Shown here one piece after another: positions 10,178 to 21,459 of a DNA stretch of 64,000 nt; the first letter of the stretch is position 1; every line of letters starts with the position of its first letter. The notes below the pieces were generated by a model. That model saw only the letters and a list, made by a program, of their open reading frames with translations, did not search any database and had not been told where the DNA came from. This DNA is from an uncultured Methanoregulaceae archaeon (GTDB taxonomy: Archaea > Halobacteriota > Methanomicrobia > Methanomicrobiales > Methanospirillaceae). The stretch covers positions 98,549 through 162,548 of the forward strand of contig CAVOUD010000002.1 of the NCBI GenBank assembly GCA_963699515.1, given 5' to 3'. The translations under genes were made by a program, and so were the position numbers.

Positions 10178-11413
10178 ATGACCGCCCAAAAGATCCTCTT
10201 TGTCGTTCTCGACGGCATCTCTGATCGCCCCTGCCCCGAGCTCGGAGGACTCACCCCCCTTACCGCAGCAAAGACGCCGGTACTTGACCGGCTCGCCCGG
10301 GAAGGGATCTGCGGTATTATGGATACCATTGCAGCAGGAGTCCGTCCGGGTTCAGATACCGCCCATCTCGCTCTGCTGGGGTACGACCCTTATCACCATT
10401 ATACCGGGAGAGGCCCCCTTGAATGTGAAGGTACCGGCATCCACATGGATCCCGGGATGATCGGGTTCCGCTGCAACTATGCCACTATTTCACGGGACGG
10501 GATCATTACCGATCGCCGTGCAGGAAGGATCCATGATACCACTGATCTGAGCACCGCAATCCAGGAAGGGGTAGACCTTTCAGCCTTTGGTGTCGAGATT
10601 ATTTTCCGCTCCGGTGCAGGACACCGGGCATCACTGGCATTCAAAGGTGAGGGACTTGGGTACTGCGTTTCATCCAATGACCCGAAAAAAGACGGTGTGG
10701 CCCCGCTTACGATACACCCGGTCGGGCAGTCAGCCGGTGATGATAAGACGGCTGCTGCCGGAAACGAGTTTGTCCGGCAGTCCACCAGAATCCTGTTTGA
10801 CCATGCCATCAACAAAAAACGCTTAAAGGATGGATTAAACCCGGCAAACATTATCCTTTTGAGGGGGGCCGGTGAGATGGGACATTTCGAACCATTCTCA
10901 AAGAGATACGGGCTTTCCGGCAGTGTCATATCGGCTACAAGCCTGATCAATGGCATAGGAAGCTCTGTCGGTCTTTCCCGTGTCTCTGTACAGGGAATCA
11001 CCGGTTCACAGGACAGCAATATTCCCGGAAAGATTGCAGCAGCGATCCATGAACTGAACACCAAAGATTTTGTCCTGGTCAATATCAAAGGAGCCGACGA
11101 GTCCGGACATGACGGGCTTGCCTCGCAGAAACGCGATTTCATCACAAAAACCGATACCGCCCTTGCACCCCTGCTGGATCTTCCTCACTGCATCATTGTC
11201 ATCTGTGCCGACCATTCCACTCCCTGTACCATTAAAGATCATAGTGCTGATCCTGTACCGGTACTCATTCACGGGGAGGGCGTCCGGGTAGATGATGTAA
11301 TACGGTTCAATGAATATTCCTGTGCTCATGGAGGACTCAACCGTATTACCGGTGCAGCTCTCCTGCCAACAGCCCTCGACCTGATAAACAAGGCACATAA
11401 ATTCGGGGCATGA
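10178..11413 (+). CDS. apgM: 2,3-bisphosphoglycerate-independent phosphoglycerate mutase, archaeal type
   Basis: LDGISDRP, PGSDTAHL, YTGRGPLE, DESGHDG and ADHSTP motifs. Confidence 0.93.
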   Translation: MTAQKILFVVLDGISDRPCPELGGLTPLTAAKTPVLDRLAREGICGIMDTIAAGVRPGSDTAHLALLGYDPYHHYTGRGPLECEGTGIHMDPGMIGFRCNYATISRDGIITDRRAGRIHDTTDLSTAIQEGVDLSAFGVEIIFRSGAGHRASLAFKGEGLGYCVSSNDPKKDGVAPLTIHPVGQSAGDDKTAAAGNEFVRQSTRILFDHAINKKRLKDGLNPANIILLRGAGEMGHFEPFSKRYGLSGSVISATSLINGIGSSVGLSRVSVQGITGSQDSNIPGKIAAAIHELNTKDFVLVNIKGADESGHDGLASQKRDFITKTDTALAPLLDLPHCIIVICADHSTPCTIKDHSADPVPVLIHGEGVRVDDVIRFNEYSCAHGGLNRITGAALLPTALDLINKAHKFGA

Positions 11414-11432
11414 TGAACATTTCGGGGGACAG

Positions 11433-12278
11433 ATGAAAGAGAGAACCGTAAAAAACTGGCACAAGCACTGCCTGCTCCCTGACGGGACAGAACTACAGGA
11501 GCACAGTATCAAAACAGACCGGAACATCGTTGTCGGTGAATTCTGCCAGATCGAGTACGGGCTGCGGGGAGCCGACGTCTACGTGGGAGAATCCTCAAAG
11601 ATCCGCGAGTATGTCTGGGCAAACGGGGACGTGCGGATCGGGAACTGGTGCGAGGTCGGGGGCGATGTGATCGCCAAACAGGACGCTTATATCGGGGAAG
11701 GCGTGCATATCGCCGGCAAACTGATCGTTTCCGGGGCTCTTGACATCGGTGAAAAAGTCGAGATCAAAGAAGGGTTCGAGGCACAAGGTGACGTGGAAAT
11801 AAGAAACCCGATGCCGGTCTTCATGTTCATCATCATCTATTTAATGACCCTTTTGAGAATAGAGAATGAAAAAGAGCTGAACCGGATCATTGATGACCTG
11901 TTCTCAGAAGAGGAGGAGAAGCGGGAGATCCCGCTTATGATACCTGCCCGCTCGAAGCTGAACCTGAAACTCTTTACTGTCCCCTCCACTATGAAGATCG
12001 GGAAAGGCTGCCGGCTCCATGGCAACATAAGGGCAGGTTCCATTGATGTCCAGCAGAACTCGGTCATCTTCGGGAGTCTCCGGGCAAAAAACCGCATCAC
12101 GGTTGTTGATGGTGTCACCGTCCACGGGAATGTAGAGAGCGGCAGTACGGTCTATGTGCGGAAGGGAGCTCATATCCTCGGTGACGTTATTGCAAAATCC
12201 ATTGTGCTCCATGAAGAGGCAACGGTTGACGGGACGATTGAAGCCCCGCATGGTATGCGTATAGAGCGGGGTTCATGA
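11433..12278 (+). CDS. Polymer-forming cytoskeletal (bactofilin-like) beta-helix protein
   Basis: Two blocks of short (I/V)G repeats separated by the hydrophobic segment MPVFMFIIIYLMTLL. Confidence 0.75.
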   Translation: MKERTVKNWHKHCLLPDGTELQEHSIKTDRNIVVGEFCQIEYGLRGADVYVGESSKIREYVWANGDVRIGNWCEVGGDVIAKQDAYIGEGVHIAGKLIVSGALDIGEKVEIKEGFEAQGDVEIRNPMPVFMFIIIYLMTLLRIENEKELNRIIDDLFSEEEEKREIPLMIPARSKLNLKLFTVPSTMKIGKGCRLHGNIRAGSIDVQQNSVIFGSLRAKNRITVVDGVTVHGNVESGSTVYVRKGAHILGDVIAKSIVLHEEATVDGTIEAPHGMRIERGS

Positions 12279-13111
12279 GAGCCGCGGAGATCCTCGGGAT
12301 CGATACGGTCAGATTCATCGAACCTGGATTTGCCGCACTCACTGACAGCAGGTTCAATGTAGTCCTTGCAGAAACTCGGGGTGATGAAGGGCGTCTTCTT
12401 TTAGATGAGCATGAAGAACCAATAGCGATGGCATTCCATGGATCGGAGGGGTGGATTGCCGGTTCGTTCCTGTGCAGGAACCCTTCGGTTGCGCTCATCG
12501 AACTCTTCGAGAGCGTGAACGGTGAGATATTCCAGGAAGACCGGGCGGTCTGGGCAGGGGCAGTACGTGAGAACTTCAGCAATGCCCTGGTTGCCGAAGT
12601 TTCCCCATCAATAGATGATCTCAATCCCACGCGGCATGGAATCTTAAAAAATCTTATTTCCAGCATCTGGGGAACGAGTCGGGGTGAGACCTGTATCGAC
12701 TGCTGCTGCGGATCAGGTGTTGGATCAGCGGTCTTGCGTGACCTTGGCTTTTCTCCCCTTTCCTATGACAATGATGAGTCCCTCCTCTCCCGGGGCCTTA
12801 CAGAAAAGCGACTCCTCCCCGAAGAGACAATGTGGATCGATGCGACGATTGCCTCCCGGTATATCGACCCGGTACCAAAAGGAATCGGGATCATGATGGG
12901 GGAGATCAACACGTTTTCCCAGGATATGTGGGCACAGATCATAGAGGAGCTGTGCACGATAACCCGGGAAACACTGATCACGGTGGGGACAGAGAAGGAG
13001 GCGTTTCTTATCCAGGACTGGGGAAAGGAGATGGAACGGGATATGGAAATAACCGAGAACCCTGCTGACCCTATTTACGATCTCTGGGTCTGCCGTGTTC
13101 AACCGGCGTAA
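12275..13111 (+). CDS. Hypothetical protein with class I SAM-dependent methyltransferase-like motif
   Basis: CIDCCCGSGVGS motif I; ATGA overlap with the upstream gene. Confidence 0.7.
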   Translation: MRAAEILGIDTVRFIEPGFAALTDSRFNVVLAETRGDEGRLLLDEHEEPIAMAFHGSEGWIAGSFLCRNPSVALIELFESVNGEIFQEDRAVWAGAVRENFSNALVAEVSPSIDDLNPTRHGILKNLISSIWGTSRGETCIDCCCGSGVGSAVLRDLGFSPLSYDNDESLLSRGLTEKRLLPEETMWIDATIASRYIDPVPKGIGIMMGEINTFSQDMWAQIIEELCTITRETLITVGTEKEAFLIQDWGKEMERDMEITENPADPIYDLWVCRVQPA

Positions 13112-13198
13112 GGGTTGGCGGGAACGTTTTTATGTATCACTCAATCGGGAGCTAATCAGGTATAACCCGGAACTGGGAGTGAATTAAAAATCTATTGA

Positions 13199-13947
13199 TT
13201 ATGAACTGATTCTCCCGATAACCGCGATACCCCCGCGGGTAACTGCCATGGCATTTGGTTCGCTGGGTTGTTGATAGCATACATTAAACGTATACCGTGG
13301 ACCATCCGATACATTTGCCAGGTCGGTAACCACGTTCGAAGACCCGGCCGGTAGGTGATACCCGGATACATTAATTTCGAAATTAAAAGTATATAGGGAA
13401 ATTGCAGGTTCTTCTGTCGATAGCGGCACGTCGAATGAAAAATCTCCGTTTTCAAGGGTTGTGCAATCGGCAATGTGCGTTTTATTCGGGATTCCGATGA
13501 GAGTAACCTTAACCTTTGCACCGGCAACAGGGCTACAGGATGAGGTTGCCAAAAACGGCTTGACCGACGTACCTTGTTACAGCTCTTGGGGGTATGCCAG
13601 AATCACCAGCTTGAGATGATGGGTCTGTTACCGATTTTATGCCCTCAGAATTGATCCCGGTGAGGTCTGCCGAACCGGATTTCACCTGAAACACAGAGAT
13701 ACCAGGAAGCGGATTACCCAAAACCGGTTCCCCTTTTTCTCCTTTCGGAAACAGGGTAAACGGCGACGTTGTAGTATTCTGGCTAACGAAGACTGACAGA
13801 ACACTGGAGAGAGGAAGGGGTACTGTTATTGATGAGCTGTCATGGATCTCAGACTTTCAGGTCTCCCATCAAAAGACCCGTACATCCGCACGTCATCACG
13901 AGTGCCAGAATAAGTGCGACGGTTACAACAAAATACCGGTATTGCAT
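13199..13947 (-). pseudogene. Frameshifted putative lipoprotein / surface protein
   Basis: The ATG at 13947 gives MQYRYFVVTVALILALVMTCGCTG (lipobox-like). The reading continues in other frames through ORFs 13533-13721 and 13199-13552. Confidence 0.5.
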
Positions 13948-14238
13948 AATAACCCCAGGATAAATTTATTATATAACTATAGTATATTAAATTTTCTATT
14001 TTTATTTTTGCTTTTATTACGTGAATTTTTTTAAATAAAACAGAAATAATGCGTTGAATGGGAAAATATAAAAGAATAAAATAGAGAACTATTTCTCAAA
14101 AACCAAGGGAAACTGTTTCCTGTTGCGGAACAGGTACTATTCAAATAAAAGAGTGGTTTTTCATTCATTCAAATGTACTTCGAACAGATGTACCGGGCGG
14201 CAACCTTTCTTTAACAGGCTTGTTGATTAACGGGGATA

Positions 14239-16333
14239 CTATCTCATCGTCTTTTTATGCCCTTTATGGAGATGCACCTTCTGTTTCCCACCGACTTTCT
14301 TAGGATCCGGCTTCTTCTCCTTATGAACGTCCTCGCTCTCCAGCTCAGCGATCACATCAATGGGATCATCCATGAATTTTGTCAGACGGAGGATCTCAAG
14401 GAGCCGCTCCATTCCGATAAAATGCTCGGCCATCACCTTTGCAAGTGGTGACATAACAAGCCGGGTTCCCCGTTTCTCGACAAGCCGGTGGGCAATCGAG
14501 CTCGGGCAGCACCGGTTCCACGGTACCGACCATCATACCGTTAATCCGGTTGAGATCAGCCTCCTCACCATTACAGGCAACGGCATTTGCTACATACTCT
14601 TCCGAGCTCTTTTCGAAATCGTGCTCCGGCGCTACCTCCTCCATTTCACCTTTTAAAAGACGGATTGCAACCTCCTCTTCAGTAAACGGGTTCTCCCGGG
14701 AATAGGTGCCGCCCGGCTCAGCAAGGAGAACTACCCTCCCGAGATCGTGAAAATCCGGTCTTCCTGCCCTGCCCGCCATCTGGTTGAATTCCTGCACCGA
14801 TAGCCAGTCCCTGCCCATGGCAAGCGCATCAAAGATCACCTGCGATGCCGGGAAGTCCACACCCGCACCGAGCGCTGCGGTCGTGACCACGGCCATGAGT
14901 TTCCCCCCCAGGAACTTCGCCTCAACATCCCGTCGCTCCTGTGATGTGAGACCTGCATGGTATGCCGCTGCCCTCATCCCCAGTGCATCGGCAATCGTAT
15001 GACAGCGGGCCCGTGCGTTGGTAAAGATGATGGTCTGCCCCCGGAATCCTTTTGACGATGTCCGCTTGTACTCTTCGGTCGTCATCTGCTTGATGGTCGG
15101 GATTTTCTGTTTACGCTCAAGGAAAAGGAGATACCGCTCCAGCCCTACCGGACGCTCAGCGTACCGGACGAGACTGCAGTTTAATTTTTTTGCCAGCGTC
15201 TTTGGGGAACCAATGGTAGCAGAAAGGTACAGGAACTGTGCCTGCGGGGCGAGGTACTTTAACCGTGCAATCATGCCATCGAGGCGGTGCCCGCGGTCTG
15301 CATCCTCGAGCATCTGTACCTCATCAATCACCACGGTCGCAATGTTGGCCATCTTCTGCCCGGAGCGGATCATATTGTCCACTCCTTCATAGGTCCCTAC
15401 AATGATCGGTGACTGTGGGTTCCGGTCCCCGATTTTCCGGGTCTCGGGAAGGTTAAGGCGGCTCACACCGGTGAGGAGCCCGGTCTTTGCAAACTTCCCG
15501 TACCGCTCCGTAAACCGTTCGTATTTCTGGTTTGCAAGTGCTACCAGCGGTACGAGGAACAGCATTCTTCCCCGCCCTTCAAGATAGTTCTTGATCCCTG
15601 CCATCTCACCAATGAAGGTCTTGCCGCTTGCCGTGGCGGCAACCACCAGCAGGTCCTTGCCGTGCAGGAGACCTGCTTCCACTGCAAGCTGCTGGGCCGG
15701 CATGAGCTGGGAAACACCACTCGCTTCAACAAACTGCCGCGGCAGGGGCAGTTCCCCGATTGCTGCAGTCGTCATTACCAGGTGCGGTTCGAGCCGGTCG
15801 TACAGTGCCGCTTTCATGGTAAGTTTATCGGGCTGCAGTGTTGCTAATACCCGGTCAAGATTACGGAACGTGAGGAGCAGGTTCTCAAGGTGCGCATACC
15901 CTTCGAGACCCAGTCTGCCCATATGGGAAACTTCACGGCGCAGCTCGCGCTTCCCGCACTCAAGACAAATCTTCTCGCCTTTGCCAAACGTGACAGAATT
16001 TTCCTCATTTAAAGGGGTGAACCGCTCATCCAGCAGGCACATGCGGCAGGCGTCAACAAAACCGGTTTTAATCTGAAAATCTCCGAGAAATGTTGCAAAT
16101 TGCGGATCGGGTTTGACAAGACGGACATCTGCCTCACGGAGCCTGGCAATCAGGTCCTTTGAAGGTGTATGACGGTACTCTTTCTTCCCGCCCCACTTGA
16201 GCCGGTACTTTGTCGGGCGCGGTCCCCGCGGCGTCTCCGTCAGATCAACAAACCCGGCACCCAGCACATGCCTGCCATCATAAAAGAGTAGTTTGTAACT
16301 GCCACCTTTCTGGGGCTGGACAAGAATCTTCAT
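14239..16333 (-). CDS. DEAD/DEAH-box (Ski2-like) helicase with methanogen-type N-terminal domain (apparent frameshift near 14495)
   Basis: AATASGKT, DEVQ, LSAT, YHAGL and QMAGRAGR motifs. The C-terminus continues in ORF 14239-14454. Confidence 0.9.
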
Positions 16334-17139
16334 GGTGAGATAAGATCATGGATTACGTACACGAGTTCCACGCTCTCCAGTCTTTTTAAAAAGTCCGTAA
16401 ACTCTTCATCTACAATGACAATCACACAATCAATCCCGTGGAATGCTGCCTCAATGACACCTTCCCGTGCACCAAAGAACATATCGGGTTTTTTCCCCGC
16501 CTTTATCAGCGCTATATATGCCTCAAGTCCTACTGCTGCAATTATGCCGGCCCCGCCAATGACTTCCAGCAGCTTATCCCTTTTTATCTTTTTGGAACCC
16601 CCGTGCAGGATCCGCGGTACTTTGCAGACATGAATCATCCCCTCCTTATGATCGATGATCCCATTTAACCGTGCAACACCTACATCGTCGTCTTTTTTTG
16701 CATCCGCAATGACCGTCCCGGTTGCTGCAAGCGGCTTTTTTCCCGCATAGAGGAATCCGGCTTTCATATACACGCCGACCTGATCTTCTTTTGTCAGGTC
16801 TTCGGCAGCAATGGCTGTCCAGACCGAGACCTGCTGGATGATATCACGTCTGATATGCCGGGCATAGGATTCGAGTGACTCGGCATTTTCAAGCACCCAT
16901 TCGATACCTGCCTTGGTCACCTCGTAATTACCCCTGCCGCTCGCAGAGACCTTCCCTTCATCCACAAGTTCGCGGATATACTCTGATATTGCCTGAGGGG
17001 TAACACCCAGTTTTTCTGCAATCTCCTGCTGCCTGACTGCCGGTTGGTGTTCAGCAATCTCTACGAGAATCTGGAGGCGCGACACCTCGCGTTTGCTGCG
17101 CAAAATAGAATAGAGTGGATCTTTAGCGCCCAGTGTCAA
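16330..17139 (-). CDS. Winged-helix transcriptional regulator (archaeal, COG1497-like)
   Basis: QQEIAEKLGVTPQAISEYIRELV HTH. Start estimated at TTG 17139. Confidence 0.85.
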   Translation of the reverse strand: MTLGAKDPLYSILRSKREVSRLQILVEIAEHQPAVRQQEIAEKLGVTPQAISEYIRELVDEGKVSASGRGNYEVTKAGIEWVLENAESLESYARHIRRDIIQQVSVWTAIAAEDLTKEDQVGVYMKAGFLYAGKKPLAATGTVIADAKKDDDVGVARLNGIIDHKEGMIHVCKVPRILHGGSKKIKRDKLLEVIGGAGIIAAVGLEAYIALIKAGKKPDMFFGAREGVIEAAFHGIDCVIVIVDEEFTDFLKRLESVELVYVIHDLISP

Positions 17140-17635
17140 GCAGCACCAGTCCCTGTCCCTTGACATCCATGTGAATGATCCGTTTGGCAAGTCCTTTGAT
17201 AAAGACGGGGCTGACACCGAATTTCCGGGAGAGATCGTTGATGGAACTGTTACCCTTGCCGAGTTCTCCTTCAATCTTCTCCACGACTTCACGGAGGTTC
17301 TCGTCATTGGAAAGCGAGATGTACAAAATGTCGGAGAGATCCGAAAGGTTGCACTGGAAGTTCGCACGGAACTTGTTGTAGGATGACCGGAACTCTTTTT
17401 GCGGTTTTGCACCGGGTTTTGGCATCCGCCACTGTTCCTCCACGAGGTTTCCCTTCTTTAATATCTGGAGACATAGCGGAATACTATCTTTATTGACGTG
17501 TACTCGGATCTCGTCTTCTGTCATCCATGATTTGTTCAATAGTTCATAGACCTTTTTAAAAGATGGGTCGTTGAACGTCATCAGGAGAGGAACAAGCTCA
17601 ACGGGATCGTTTACAATTCGAATATGGCCCGGCAC
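17123..17635 (-). CDS. Conserved methanogen ArsR-like HTH protein
   Basis: 170 aa with VNDPVELVPLL and WRMPKPG motifs and a C-terminal HTH-like segment. Confidence 0.8.
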   Translation of the reverse strand: MPGHIRIVNDPVELVPLLMTFNDPSFKKVYELLNKSWMTEDEIRVHVNKDSIPLCLQILKKGNLVEEQWRMPKPGAKPQKEFRSSYNKFRANFQCNLSDLSDILYISLSNDENLREVVEKIEGELGKGNSSINDLSRKFGVSPVFIKGLAKRIIHMDVKGQGLVLLDTGR

Positions 17636-17691
17636 GGTAAAACCCTATAATTATATGGTTCCCTGAATCAATAAATTTTTGCGGCACAACC

Positions 17692-19917
17692 ATGCAAAAA
17701 ACGGGTAAAATCACAGTTCGCGGAATTGTCCAGGGTGTCGGGTTCCGCCCGTTTGTCTATGCACAGGCATGTGCCCTGGGAATGGCAGGCACGGTCAAAA
17801 ATCTCGGCAGTGAAGTGGAAATTTTTGCAAGGGGAGAGCAGTTTGAAACGTTTTTAGCTGCAGTCTCCCGCGGTTCCCCGCTCTCCCGGATCGATTCTGT
17901 AGAAGTCACCACGAGCCTGCAGGAAATCCCTGAAGGATTTTTCATACTGCCAAGCGGTACCGGTTCGCTGACCGGCATGATCCCCCCCGATGTTGCGATC
18001 TGTGGTGAGTGCATCACCGATATTTTCAATAAAGGCGGGAGATACGAGAATTACTGGGCAACTTCCTGTGTAAACTGTGGGCCCCGGTATAGTATCATCC
18101 ATGAAATCCCGTACGACCGTGAACGGACATCCATGGCAGAATTCCCCCTATGTCCAGTCTGTGAACAGGAGTACGGGGATCCTGGTTGCCGGCGCCACCA
18201 TGCACAGACGATTGCCTGCAGTACCTGCGGCCCGGAAATCGGACTGTCCGATTCTCTCGGAAACAAGGTTGAAGGCCTGGATCTAATCCGGGAAGCAGCT
18301 GAACTGCTCGATGCAGGCAGGATCCTTGCAATGCGGGGGGTGGGGGGATTTCACCTGGCGTGCATTGAAGAATCTGCCGATGAACTAAAACGCCGTCTGG
18401 GCAGAATCGAACAACCATTTGCCATCATGGTGCGCCCGGATTATATTGACCGGCTGGCGACCATTTCCCGGCAGGAAAGAGTGAGCCTGGGAAGCCCGGT
18501 CCACCCTATTGTTGTCGTAAAAAAACGTGATCCGACTGCCCATGCAGCAATCAGCAATCTCCATACGATCGGGTGCATGCTTCCGTATTATGGACTTCAC
18601 CACCTGCTCTTCTCCCACCTGAAACACCCGCTGCTCGTTATGACCAGTGCCAATATGCCTGGCTACCCGATGATCACGGATATTGATCAGGCGATGGCAA
18701 AACTCAACCGGGATGCGGACTTCTTCCTCACGCATAACCGTATGATCGTGAACAGGTGTGATGACTCGGTGATCAGGGACGGCTACATCATCCGGCTCTC
18801 TCGGGGAATTGCCCCGAAGCGGACAGCAATAGATCTGGGAAAACACTGCATCCTCGGGGTAGGCCCGGAGCTGAACGCAAATGCGACAATCTACAAAAAC
18901 GGCTTTGCTATCACCTCCCCTCACGTAGGAAACGTACGCAATCCGGCTACGCTCGAATACCTGCAGGAAACCGTAAGAAACCTGCAGCGACTCCTTGGGG
19001 CAAAGTTCGATGTGATTGCTCATGACCTGCATCCCCAGTTCCTCTCCACACGGTTCGCCCGCGAGATCGCTTCAGACCACGGACTTGAACTGGTCGCGGT
19101 TCAGCACCACCGTGCGCACATCGCAGCAACAACCACCGAGCCCTGCATCGGCATTGCGATCGATGGGGTTGGTTATGGTGACGATGGGGCTGTCTGGGGA
19201 TGTGAAATCTTTTCCGGGCAGGTGCCGGATCTCAAACGCGTTGCCCATCTTGAACCAGTCGCCATGCCGGGAGGAGATCTTGCGACACGGTTTCCCGAAC
19301 GAATGCTCTATGGGATTCTGCCGGATAGCACCATCCTTTCACTCCTTGGTGCACGCGGCTGGTCGGATGTTGAGCTGGGTGTGCTCCAAAAACAGGTCAT
19401 GCGTGGTTTCAATGTCATGAGCACCACCAGCACCGGGCGGGTGCTCGATGCCGCTGCCGCACTGCTGGGGATCTGCCGGGAGCGTACCTATGACGGTGAA
19501 CCTGCCATGAAACTTGAATCCGCTGCAGTTGGCGGACACGCTGAACCATGGGATCTCCTGTTTACCACGCTGAATGGGTGTGAGATACTTTCAAGCCGTT
19601 CACTCATGCAGACCGCATGTGCACGGATGCGGGCGGCACCGGAAGGGGATATGCGGGTAATCCGGGATATTGCCGCTTCCTTCCAGTACAACCTCGCCCG
19701 GGGAATCGCACACCTTGCCATGCATGCGGCTGACCGGGAAGGGGTGAAAACGATCGCCCTGAGCGGCGGTGTTGCCTATAACCATGCGATCCGGGAAACC
19801 ATCCGTAAGGAGATAACTGCACATTCCGGTGAATGTGTCATCAACGCAGATTACCCGCTTGGTGATGGTTGCGTCTCGTTCGGACAGTGCGTGTACGCAG
19901 GGAAATTACGGGAATAA
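17692..19917 (+). CDS. hypF: Carbamoyltransferase HypF
   Basis: Acylphosphatase GIVQGVGFRPFV, CxxC zinc fingers, HDLHP, QHHRAH and GDG motifs. Confidence 0.97.
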   Translation: MQKTGKITVRGIVQGVGFRPFVYAQACALGMAGTVKNLGSEVEIFARGEQFETFLAAVSRGSPLSRIDSVEVTTSLQEIPEGFFILPSGTGSLTGMIPPDVAICGECITDIFNKGGRYENYWATSCVNCGPRYSIIHEIPYDRERTSMAEFPLCPVCEQEYGDPGCRRHHAQTIACSTCGPEIGLSDSLGNKVEGLDLIREAAELLDAGRILAMRGVGGFHLACIEESADELKRRLGRIEQPFAIMVRPDYIDRLATISRQERVSLGSPVHPIVVVKKRDPTAHAAISNLHTIGCMLPYYGLHHLLFSHLKHPLLVMTSANMPGYPMITDIDQAMAKLNRDADFFLTHNRMIVNRCDDSVIRDGYIIRLSRGIAPKRTAIDLGKHCILGVGPELNANATIYKNGFAITSPHVGNVRNPATLEYLQETVRNLQRLLGAKFDVIAHDLHPQFLSTRFAREIASDHGLELVAVQHHRAHIAATTTEPCIGIAIDGVGYGDDGAVWGCEIFSGQVPDLKRVAHLEPVAMPGGDLATRFPERMLYGILPDSTILSLLGARGWSDVELGVLQKQVMRGFNVMSTTSTGRVLDAAAALLGICRERTYDGEPAMKLESAAVGGHAEPWDLLFTTLNGCEILSSRSLMQTACARMRAAPEGDMRVIRDIAASFQYNLARGIAHLAMHAADREGVKTIALSGGVAYNHAIRETIRKEITAHSGECVINADYPLGDGCVSFGQCVYAGKLRE

Positions 19918-19992
19918 AAGGACTAAGAGTGTAAGCATCTACAAGAGGCGAGCAATTTATCAGCATGAAACATAAAAAGGAAACCACCAGCC

Positions 19993-20409
19993 ATGGAGTT
20001 ATCTGACAAGATCACCAGCCAGGAACGGAAGATCAAAAAACTCGAGATGGAGCTGAACGACCTCCGCCAGGGCCTTGCAACCGTGCGGGATTTTTATTAC
20101 GATCTCCAATGCGGGTCTGAAAAACATGAGGCTGCAGAAAGCATTGAACAGGAAATTGTCAAGCCGCTTAATGATGAAGACAGGGAATTTGACGGGATAT
20201 GGCGTTTCCACAAGGAACGACTCATCGCTGATCCCTCAGCCCATATCCCTAGGGCTGAAATGTATGATGCCTTCGTCCGGTACAGCACAAAAACCTCACA
20301 ATATGGTGTCGACCAGGATGCATTCGAATTTGTGTTTGCCCGGATAAAAAATCCATCTCCCCTTTTTACCAGAGGTGAATGGAAGGGCTGCCGGCTCAAA
20401 ATCCTATGA
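19993..20409 (+). CDS. Hypothetical protein (coiled coil plus D5-primase-type winged-helix-like C-terminus)
   Basis: 138 aa, including IPRAEMYDAFVRYS..VDQDAFEFVF..WKGCRLK. Confidence 0.65.
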   Translation: MELSDKITSQERKIKKLEMELNDLRQGLATVRDFYYDLQCGSEKHEAAESIEQEIVKPLNDEDREFDGIWRFHKERLIADPSAHIPRAEMYDAFVRYSTKTSQYGVDQDAFEFVFARIKNPSPLFTRGEWKGCRLKIL

Positions 20410-20445
20410 AAAAGAACCCACATTTCTCAATCATCCCGCTTTTTC

Positions 20446-21444
20446 ATGACCCACGTTAAAATTACCCGCAAATCCGAGATCCCCCTTGTCGGTTCGCTCT
20501 ACTTTGGCATCATAGACAGGGGCACCAGTCTCCTGCAGGTACGCCCGAGTTGTGGCTGTAACTTAAACTGCCCCTTTTGCTCTGTGGATGCCGGGCCTGA
20601 ATCAACAACGCGTGCCACCAGCTACGAAGTTGAGATGGAGTATCTGGTAGAAGCCGCAGAGGAAATAGCGCGGTTCAAAGGAATGGGTGTTGAATGCCAT
20701 ATTGACTCGCCGGGTGAACCGGTTATGTACCAGTATCTTCCCGAACTTATCGCGGCGCTGAGGCAGATTGAAGAGGTGAGTGTCATTTCACTCCAGACCA
20801 ACGGTACCCTGCTCACCACGGCAAAGATTGCGGCACTTGAACAAGCCGGGCTTGACCGGATCAATCTTTCCCTTCATGCTCTTGACCCGGCAATAGCACG
20901 GCTCCTTGCAGGTGTTAACTGGTATGATATCGAAAAACTTACCGATGCAGCAAAAGCGGTCGCCGAGAGCAGGATTGACCTGCTCATCGCACCCGTGTTC
21001 ATACCCGGAATCAATGATGCAGAGATCCCAAAACTGATACAGTTTGCACAGGAGATTGGTGCCGGCAAACGGTTCCCGCCGCTGGGTATCCAGAAGTTCG
21101 AGCACTACCGTTACGGCAGATCACCCAAAGGGGTGAAAGCCCAGAGCTGGTGGCAGTTCTACAACCAGAGCATCAAACCATGGGAAAAGGAGTACGGGAT
21201 CAAACTCAAGCTCGACTCGGTCAGGGACTTTGGCATGGTGCGGCGTCCCTTTATCCCACTTGTCTTTTCCAAAGGGGAAAAAGTGACAGTCGAGATCCGG
21301 GCGCCGGGGTGGATACACGGGGAGATGCTCGGCGTTGCCCGTGACCGGGTGGTGTCGGTATACAATTCTCCAAAAGAGTCCGGACATGTCCGGGTGAAGA
21401 TCGTGGCAACCAAACATAATATTTACGTCGGTGTGCCGGTATGA
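20446..21444 (+). CDS. Radical SAM protein with C-terminal TRAM-like domain (COG2100-like)
   Basis: FGIIDRGT, CNLNCPFC and GEP motifs. Confidence 0.9.
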   Translation: MTHVKITRKSEIPLVGSLYFGIIDRGTSLLQVRPSCGCNLNCPFCSVDAGPESTTRATSYEVEMEYLVEAAEEIARFKGMGVECHIDSPGEPVMYQYLPELIAALRQIEEVSVISLQTNGTLLTTAKIAALEQAGLDRINLSLHALDPAIARLLAGVNWYDIEKLTDAAKAVAESRIDLLIAPVFIPGINDAEIPKLIQFAQEIGAGKRFPPLGIQKFEHYRYGRSPKGVKAQSWWQFYNQSIKPWEKEYGIKLKLDSVRDFGMVRRPFIPLVFSKGEKVTVEIRAPGWIHGEMLGVARDRVVSVYNSPKESGHVRVKIVATKHNIYVGVPV

Positions 21445-21459
21445 CGGATAATCCCTGAT

